This document shows positions 37,815 through 44,271 of a DNA stretch of 44,271 nt, piece by piece (positions within the stretch are counted from its first letter, which is position 1; each line of letters begins with the position of its first letter). Origin of the DNA: Desulfurococcales archaeon (GTDB lineage: Archaea > Thermoproteota > Thermoprotei_A > Sulfolobales > AG1); contig JAVVGG010000001.1 of assembly GCA_032249275.1 (NCBI GenBank), forward strand, positions 1 to 44,271, in the 5' to 3' direction. The translations under genes were made by a program, and so were the position numbers. The notes under the pieces were generated by a model that ran no database searches, was not told the origin of the DNA, and saw only the letters and a list, made by a program, of their open reading frames with translations.

Positions 37815-38846
37815 ATGGGTAGTGGAGAGGGTTTGAAGTTTATAAGGAGCCTAGATGATAGAGGAGGTATTAAAGCTGAGTATCTAGTCAGATACGAGGA
37901 AGAGGAATCCGAGTATGGCGTGTATCCTTGGAAAAGGCCTATAAGGTCGCATATTGAATATGGTGTAATAAATCTAGATAAACCCCCCGGCCCTACTAGC
38001 CATGAGGTGACTGCGTGGGTTAAGAGAATGCTTAATGTCTCCAAGGCTGGGCATGCAGGCACCTTGGATCCTGGTGTCTCAGGTGTGCTACCTATAGCTC
38101 TTGAGAAAGCCACTCGAATCATAGGAATCGTTACACATACGTATAAGGAATATATCACGCTTATGCAGCTCCATGGTGAGGTGGAGTATGATAGGCTATT
38201 GAAGGTAATCTCCATGTTTGTGGGTGAGATCTACCAGAAACCCCCTCTAAGATCTTCTGTCAAAAGGGCTGTGAGAAAGAGAAAGATCCATAGTATAGAG
38301 GTTTTAGAGGTCGACGGTAGGAAGATCCTTATGAGGGTTAGAACGGATCCTGGAACATATATTAGGAAACTATGCCACGATATAGGCCTCATATTAGGTG
38401 TTGGGGCACATATGAGGGAGCTAAGGAGAATAGCTACTGGATCTTTTAGAGAGGATGATACGCTGGTTACTCTTCACAAGCTCTCAGAGGCCATATATCT
38501 TTTCAAGAATGGCGATGAGAATTTACTGAGGAAGGTTATATTGCCTGTTGAATATATGGTGTCCCACCTACCTAAAGTAATTGTCAGAAATAGTGCAGTG
38601 GGATCTATAGCCCATGGAGCGATGTTAGCGGTGCCGGGTATCGCCATGGTAGATAGATCAGTTAAAAGGGGAAGCCTTGTAGCTGTCTTAACAGTTAAGG
38701 GCGAACTTGTTGCAGTAGGTATAGCCGAGATGAGCGGTGAGGAGATGATTTTCAGGGATAAGGGGGTAGCTGTGAGAATTAAAAGGGTTATAATGCATCC
38801 GGGGGTGTATCCAGATATATGGAAGAGACCTAAGAAAAGCATGTGA
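37815..38846 (+). CDS. cbf5: H/ACA pseudouridine synthase Cbf5 (uninterrupted)
   Basis: LDKPPGPTSHEV, GHAGTLDP, QKPPLRSSVKR, GTYIRKLC, HMRELRR and a PUA domain. Alternative start 37785. Confidence 0.96.
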   Translation: MGSGEGLKFIRSLDDRGGIKAEYLVRYEEEESEYGVYPWKRPIRSHIEYGVINLDKPPGPTSHEVTAWVKRMLNVSKAGHAGTLDPGVSGVLPIALEKATRIIGIVTHTYKEYITLMQLHGEVEYDRLLKVISMFVGEIYQKPPLRSSVKRAVRKRKIHSIEVLEVDGRKILMRVRTDPGTYIRKLCHDIGLILGVGAHMRELRRIATGSFREDDTLVTLHKLSEAIYLFKNGDENLLRKVILPVEYMVSHLPKVIVRNSAVGSIAHGAMLAVPGIAMVDRSVKRGSLVAVLTVKGELVAVGIAEMSGEEMIFRDKGVAVRIKRVIMHPGVYPDIWKRPKKSM

Positions 38847-38855
38847 TGTAAGAGC

Positions 38856-40211
38856 TTATCGAGCTCCTCTTTCAAGGAGCCTTGCAAGGGTATATGTTGC
38901 CATAGTAAGCAATGTGATATATACAACTGGAAAGACGGTTGTTAGGAAGATCAATATTATGGCGTTAGATAGCATCTCCTTGATCTCATTTCTATCTACT
39001 TTATAAAACGGGTTTAACAGGGGCTTCGAGGGTATTCCTTTTATATAATGTATCTCTATAATATGCACACCTGGATCTAGTAGCTTGTAATAGTTATAAC
39101 CATCTATCCCAGCCCAGCTCCAAGGCCTTCTGTCATCCCAAGTGGTTTGGTTGCCATCTATGCTTATAGCTGTCACCACTGTATAATATGGTGCTGTAGC
39201 TATGAGAGAGGATATAGATGCTAGATGTAGCACTAGCTTCATAATCCCTCTTCCAGGATCTTTATATATAATATAATATGTAAGTGCTGGCGGTGTATGG
39301 ATAAATATATATGGGGAGTCTGAGGCTAGAACACCGTCTATCGTGATCACATAACTACAGTTTTTAAACATACACTCATTACCTAAAAATATAGATGAAG
39401 CTGAATATAGTCTCCACCCAAACATTTCAAGAGAGAAGTAATATATTCCGCCTATTGGCAGCCCAGGCGTTTCATCCATAATAGTCTCTCCCCTATCGTT
39501 TACCAACATCGCAGCTATCTCAGAACCTGGGATCATATTCGAGCTCTGATATACTAACAGCAATGCATCCCCTAGAGCTCCTCCGCTGAGATCTCTAACC
39601 TCAATATATGGGAAAGCTCTGTCGCCAAGCGTTTTAGGGGATACAGGGTAGATTGCTGATATAAATAAGGGCATTGCTGGAAGGGCTACTGAGAATATTA
39701 GAGTGAAGGATATGAGGATCGAACCAGCTCTTTTGAAGATCCCTAGTGGAAGTGCATATATGAGTATTCCAATCGCTAGTAGCTCTGAATATTTAGTGCT
39801 TATTATAATGCTTAGGATTTGAAGTGCTATAAGACTGATCATAGCTGTGGATAAGAGGGAGGTGATTCTAGATAGAATTGGTGAGAGAAAGGCTGAGAGA
39901 CTGCCTATCATTCCTGATAAGATCTTTATAGTTCCTAAATAGCTTAGAACGTTGAGTAGCATTGCGCTTAGCCATTCATGCAGGGTCTCCCAGCTTATCC
40001 CTGTAATACTCCTTATATACCCTATTACATTAAGGATTATTGTGAATGAGGAGGCAAGGATCCATATCGCTAAAGCATCCTTAATCATATATATTCCAAG
40101 CTTCTTCACACTTGGAAATGGTAGAGGGCTTCCTAGGAGTAGGTTGCCTAGTACATAGTTAAGTAAACCTAGGTAGAAGGATAGTTCTAGAGCCTGGCTA
40201 ACTTCTAACAT
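38856..40211 (-). CDS. cedA: Ced DNA-import membrane protein CedA (VirB6-like), long form
   Basis: N-terminal GSPLPFPSVKKLG..MIKDA, several TMs, GILIYALPLGIFKRAGSILISF, a ~200-aa soluble insert and a final TM. Lies downstream of cedA1. Confidence 0.85.
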   Translation of the reverse strand: MLEVSQALELSFYLGLLNYVLGNLLLGSPLPFPSVKKLGIYMIKDALAIWILASSFTIILNVIGYIRSITGISWETLHEWLSAMLLNVLSYLGTIKILSGMIGSLSAFLSPILSRITSLLSTAMISLIALQILSIIISTKYSELLAIGILIYALPLGIFKRAGSILISFTLIFSVALPAMPLFISAIYPVSPKTLGDRAFPYIEVRDLSGGALGDALLLVYQSSNMIPGSEIAAMLVNDRGETIMDETPGLPIGGIYYFSLEMFGWRLYSASSIFLGNECMFKNCSYVITIDGVLASDSPYIFIHTPPALTYYIIYKDPGRGIMKLVLHLASISSLIATAPYYTVVTAISIDGNQTTWDDRRPWSWAGIDGYNYYKLLDPGVHIIEIHYIKGIPSKPLLNPFYKVDRNEIKEMLSNAIILIFLTTVFPVVYITLLTMATYTLARLLERGAR

Positions 40212-40228
40212 TACTATTACCTACTATC

Positions 40229-40507
40229 CTAGCCACCTATAGTTGCATTAATCGGCGGTGGAGGTGCAGGAACACCTATTTGCGAGACTATATATGTTAT
40301 CAGCGAGAAGATCGTGCCACCCATGGCTAGCCAGAAGGCAGCCCATACTGCATCTTCTACTAGTGAGTTGCCTGTCTTCTTCAGCCTTGTGATCGGTATC
40401 GGCGAACCCCTCAAAGCCCAGCCAACAATCCAAGTCAGTATAAAGATTGCCCATGCTATAACCATTACCTGCACTGTTAATTGCCTCACAAATGTAACTA
40501 GATCCAC
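40229..40507 (-). CDS. cedA1: Ced pilus subunit CedA1 (VirB2-like)
   Basis: Two hydrophobic helices, [39 protein letters not shown], and a proline-rich tail. Confidence 0.9.
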   Translation of the reverse strand: MDLVTFVRQLTVQVMVIAWAIFILTWIVGWALRGSPIPITRLKKTGNSLVEDAVWAAFWLAMGGTIFSLITYIVSQIGVPAPPPPINATIGG

Positions 40508-40561
40508 AGCGATACCCCTAAATATATCTCCCCTTATAAAATGTTACCAGGATGCAAGCAT

Positions 40562-41293
40562 ATGATCTCTAGAAAGGCTTTGATTGGAAAATCCTTTATA
40601 GATCCTACAGCCTCGATATATGGAAGCTCTGTGATCGAGGATGAATGCTATATAGGGAGTTTCAGCTTGATCGGTTATCCAGCTAGAGACACCCTTATAA
40701 AAATACTAGAAAGAGCATTTACCCCTAATAAAAGTGGGTCTAATTATATAGATTTTCCCACAATCTATGATATTAGTGAAGGATCTAGAATTGGGAAGAA
40801 CTCCATAATCAGATCACATGTTGTGATCTATGAAAAAGCTATTCTCGGTAAAAGAGTTAGAGTAGGGCATCACGTATTGATAAGGGAGAACAGCATAATA
40901 GGTGATGATACGCTTATCGGCAGCAACACAATAATAGATGGAGATGTCGAAATAAAAAATAGGGTTAACATACAATCGGGTGTCTATATACCCCCAAAAG
41001 TGATTATCCAGGATTCTGTCTTCATAGGTCCAAGGGTCGTCTTCACCAACGATAAATATCCACCGAGTAAAAGACTAGTAAAAACACTTGTTGGTGAAGG
41101 AGCAGTGATAGGGGCTAACTCAACTATAATAGCTGGTATCAAGATAGGAAGAAGATCAGTTATCGCTGCAGGCTCTGTGGTAACTAAAGATGTGCCGGAT
41201 GAGGTGGTGGTTGCTGGTAACCCAGCAAGGATTATTATGAGTAGAGATGAATATGAAGAAAAGAAACGTAAATATGAGACTGAAGATCTATAA
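40562..41293 (+). CDS. Hexapeptide-repeat (LbH) acetyltransferase, WbpD/WlbB-like
   Basis: Multiple [IV]Gxxxx repeats, [22 protein letters not shown] and VVTKDVP...GNPAR. Alternative start 40541. Confidence 0.88.
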   Translation: MISRKALIGKSFIDPTASIYGSSVIEDECYIGSFSLIGYPARDTLIKILERAFTPNKSGSNYIDFPTIYDISEGSRIGKNSIIRSHVVIYEKAILGKRVRVGHHVLIRENSIIGDDTLIGSNTIIDGDVEIKNRVNIQSGVYIPPKVIIQDSVFIGPRVVFTNDKYPPSKRLVKTLVGEGAVIGANSTIIAGIKIGRRSVIAAGSVVTKDVPDEVVVAGNPARIIMSRDEYEEKKRKYETEDL

Positions 41294-41583
41294 TGGTTCT
41301 CGAATCTGCCTGTGTAGGCTTGTTTGAGTTCTACTAGTGTTTATATTTTTTAGTGGGATCAACAGCGGTTCTATTGTATTGCTAATCTTTGCTTACCCAA
41401 GCCTGTCTCTCCCGTTATTAGTTGAGACTTTTAGCTATAGAGGTAATCTTGCTATTTTTTAGCAGTATAGCCTCCAACAACGTTATTAATAAAAAATAAT
41501 ATTTATATATATCTTGTTAGTTAGGAAATAGCTTTAACGATTGCTTATAGTCTTCTTAACACGTTTTATATTTGGTGTTGGTG

Positions 41584-42792
41584 ATGAGAGTCGTCCTGGC
41601 ATATTCTGGTGGGTTAGATACTACGACATGTATTGTGTGGCTTCGAGAGAGATATAATGCAGAGGTGATAACGGTGACCGTTGATGTAGGACAGGAGGAG
41701 GATTTCGAAGAAGTTGAGAGAAGGGCATATAGGGCTGGCGCTGTCAAACACTATACAGTAGATGCTAAGGAGGAGTTTGTAAAAGAATATATATTCCCGG
41801 CTATCAAAATGAACGCCCTCTATGAGGGTGCTTACCCTCTCAGCACGGCCCTTGCAAGACCTTTAATAGCTAAGAAGGTGCTTGAGATAGCAGAGAAGGA
41901 AGGTGCTGATGCAGTTGCCCATGGATCTACATCTAAGGGGAATGACCAGGTCAGATTTGACCTTACTATAAGGGCTCTCAACCCAGACATAAAGATCATA
42001 ACCCCGGCCAGGTCTTGGGGTATGACTAGAAGTGAGGAACTCGAGTATCTGAGGAAGAGGGGTATAGATATCCCTGCATCGAATAAGAGGTATAGCATTG
42101 ATGATAATCTATGGGGTAGAAGCATAGAGGGAGGGGAGCTTGATGATCCGTCGCAGCCTCCTCTCGAAGAAGCCTTTAAATGGACCAGATCTCCAGAGAG
42201 TGCTCCAGACAGGCCGCAGATCTTGGAGATCGAGTTCAGAGAGGGAGTTCCTGTGGGAATAGATGGAGAGAGTATAGAGCCTGTGAAGCTTATATCAACA
42301 CTAAATACAATAGGAGGTATGCACGGTGTTGGCAGGATAGATCATCTTGAGAATAGGCTCGTAGGATTTAAGTCAAGGGAGGTTTATGAGGCTCCAGCAG
42401 CGGTTATACTTATAAAGGCGCACGAGGATCTAGAGAAATCTGTTCTCACGCCAAGAGAGCTAAGGATTAAGAAGATGTTGGAGCCCATATGGAGTGATCT
42501 GGTATATAATGGTCTTTGGTTCGAGCCTGCTAGAGCAGCTATTGAGGCTCTTGGCAATGAGATCAATAAATGGGTTACAGGTAGTGTTGGGGTGAAGCTA
42601 TACAAAGGATCTATATCGATTATCTCGAGAAAGAGCCCCTTCCTAGCCTACAGTCGGGAGATAGCTAGCTATGAAAAGGGCTGGTACCCCTCTGAGGAAA
42701 AGGCTGTAGGGTTTATAGAGATCTGGGGGATGCATACTCTCACAGCGCTTAGGGTGAGAAGAAATGCTTTACAGAGAACCTCTCCTGGGTAG
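41584..42792 (+). CDS. argG: Argininosuccinate synthase
   Basis: [44 protein letters not shown] and KSREVYEAP. Confidence 0.97.
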   Translation: MRVVLAYSGGLDTTTCIVWLRERYNAEVITVTVDVGQEEDFEEVERRAYRAGAVKHYTVDAKEEFVKEYIFPAIKMNALYEGAYPLSTALARPLIAKKVLEIAEKEGADAVAHGSTSKGNDQVRFDLTIRALNPDIKIITPARSWGMTRSEELEYLRKRGIDIPASNKRYSIDDNLWGRSIEGGELDDPSQPPLEEAFKWTRSPESAPDRPQILEIEFREGVPVGIDGESIEPVKLISTLNTIGGMHGVGRIDHLENRLVGFKSREVYEAPAAVILIKAHEDLEKSVLTPRELRIKKMLEPIWSDLVYNGLWFEPARAAIEALGNEINKWVTGSVGVKLYKGSISIISRKSPFLAYSREIASYEKGWYPSEEKAVGFIEIWGMHTLTALRVRRNALQRTSPG

Positions 42793-44104
42793 AGAGAGTC
42801 TCACATGGTATATATCTTCCATGAAGGATGATGAAAAAATATCTGGTGAGGTGTTAGAGGTAGAGATAGCTAGGGTAAAGAACCTGCTAGATAAAAGGCT
42901 AATACCTAGAGATGAAGGGGAAAAGATACTTAAATGTCTTGAAGATCTTAGGAAGAGCCCTGAAAAGCTCTTTGAATACAAAGAGGCTGAAGATATATTC
43001 GAAGCAATTGAGATATATCTCTACAAAATCCTGGGTCCATCTGCCGGCTGGTTCTCGCTAGGCAGAAGCAGAAATGATCATATTGCAGCCGTCCTTAGAC
43101 TCAAGGCTAAGAGGTATGTTCTATCGATAATGAAGAGGATTATATCACTAAGAAAAATTCTTGTTAAAAAAGCTATTGAATACCACTCACAGCTTTTCCC
43201 ATCATATACACATGCTAGAGAAGCACAGCCGATAACATTTGGACACTATCTCTTAAGTATAGAAGAGGAGCTCGAAGATCACTATAGAATGTTTTCAGAG
43301 ATCCTATTGATAATAGATTTATCACCAATAGGTGCAGGCGCTGTAGGCGGGACAACGGTGGAGATCGATAGGGAGGAGATAGCTAGATCCCTAGGGTTTT
43401 CACGGCATAGCAGGAACACACTTTATATGGTCTCTAGCAGGGGGTTCTTGCTACTAGCTGCCTCGATAGCTGTTGGCCTTGGAGCGTATCTAAGCAGAGT
43501 TGCAAATGATCTCATATTATTTTCATCAAAACCATACAGCCTAGTGGAGATTCCGAGTAGACATGCTGCTACAAGCAGTATAATGCCTCATAAAGCTAAC
43601 CCAGTGACACTCGAGGTACTCAGAGCAAGAGCCGGTGAATCTATAGGTCTATTAACAGCGATGTTCGATATCTATAGATCTACTATCAATGGGTATAACC
43701 TCGATTTCCAAGAGATCAATAGGCTTGTATGGAGAATCTTTGAAAACCTGATTGATGCTCTAGAAATATTAAGCGATCTAATTGAAGGAATTAAGGTACG
43801 AAAGGAAAGGGCAGAAGAGATCTCAAGGGATCCAGAATTACTTACAGCAGATATCGTCGAGATCGTTTCAACATCGAGAATGATCCCACATAGAGAAGCG
43901 CATAAGATGGTTGCAACAATAATAAGGGAGAAAAAGCTGGAAAACCTTTTAAATGAATACCTACCCTCTAAAAACCCCATCGATATCCTAGCTAAAAAAG
44001 ATTATCGCGGATCTCCACACCCAAAAAGAGTATTAGAGCTTGCAAAGGAAAAAGAAAAAGCCTTATTAGAGGAAGAGAGCAGACTATCACGACTTCAACT
44101 ATAA
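42764..44104 (+). CDS. argH: Argininosuccinate lyase
   Basis: GRSRND, PSYTH..AQP and the [10 protein letters not shown] signature; overlaps the end of argG. Confidence 0.95.
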   Translation: MLYREPLLGRESLTWYISSMKDDEKISGEVLEVEIARVKNLLDKRLIPRDEGEKILKCLEDLRKSPEKLFEYKEAEDIFEAIEIYLYKILGPSAGWFSLGRSRNDHIAAVLRLKAKRYVLSIMKRIISLRKILVKKAIEYHSQLFPSYTHAREAQPITFGHYLLSIEEELEDHYRMFSEILLIIDLSPIGAGAVGGTTVEIDREEIARSLGFSRHSRNTLYMVSSRGFLLLAASIAVGLGAYLSRVANDLILFSSKPYSLVEIPSRHAATSSIMPHKANPVTLEVLRARAGESIGLLTAMFDIYRSTINGYNLDFQEINRLVWRIFENLIDALEILSDLIEGIKVRKERAEEISRDPELLTADIVEIVSTSRMIPHREAHKMVATIIREKKLENLLNEYLPSKNPIDILAKKDYRGSPHPKRVLELAKEKEKALLEEESRLSRLQL

Positions 44105-44209
44105 ATATATTTTGGATATCTATATATTTCACTTATTTCACTATAGAAGTTTTGAGTAGAGCATAAGTTTGCGCGTTTGCTGGGTTATTTGTGTTGCTAC
44201 TATTATAAT

Positions 44210-44271
44210 ATGACTCCCTTCCTGTCCCTTATAAGGGCGAGTTTTTCGCTGCTGGAATCTCAGGCGTTACA
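44210..44271 (-). mobile_element. IS200/IS605 right end; the element continues beyond the window edge
   Basis: ATGACTCCCTTCCTGTCCCTTATAAGGGCGAGTTTTTCGCTGCTGGAATCTCAGGCGTTAC aligns with 6421-6480 and 18820-18880. Confidence 0.6.

Noticed and set aside
38040-38090. BHB intron in cbf5, as found in many crenarchaea
   Set aside because: The frame reads continuously through GHAGTLDPGVSG with no insertion.
40587-40592. ANTTTC damage box for cedA1
   Set aside because: It lies ~45 nt from the TATA and inside the opposite gene; the spacing does not match the pilin promoter, so it is likely chance.

Overview
This is a chromosomal window from a thermophilic crenarchaeon (Thermoproteota, Desulfurococcales/Sulfolobales-like). 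Housekeeping genes include pyk, full-length archaeal thrS, xpf, a KaiC/RAD55-like ATPase, a polyprenyl synthase, SRP RNA, rpiA, ogt, Fap7/AK6, cgi121-urm1-rps17e, thermosome beta, mtnP, nop5-fibrillarin-cbf5 and argG-argH. Intergenic regions carry many decayed IS200/IS605 (tnpB) remnants, element ends and omega-RNA-like structures, but no intact tnpB or tnpA. Five things stand out. (1) A minus-strand operon (pilin, TadA-like ATPase, TadC-like platform, 801-aa beta-rich protein, VirB4/HerA-like ATPase) has a putative DNA-damage ANTTTC box in its promoter. (2) Its terminal VirB4-like ATPase is split into two ORFs joined by a UUU-UUU-CGC site that fits a programmed +1 ribosomal frameshift, giving a 585-aa fusion; the cedA1-cedA DNA-import genes lie about 26 kb away with no adjacent ATPase. 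(3) An unannotated 50-aa protein (39 Glu spaced by W/F/L) sits behind a thermosome-like promoter, with a protamine-like ORF in another frame. (4) A four-hairpin candidate ncRNA resembles a tnpB 3' end. (5) An Urm1/SAMP protein has its Gly-Gly masked by a 3-residue extension. All family calls come from motif recognition by eye; no searches were run.
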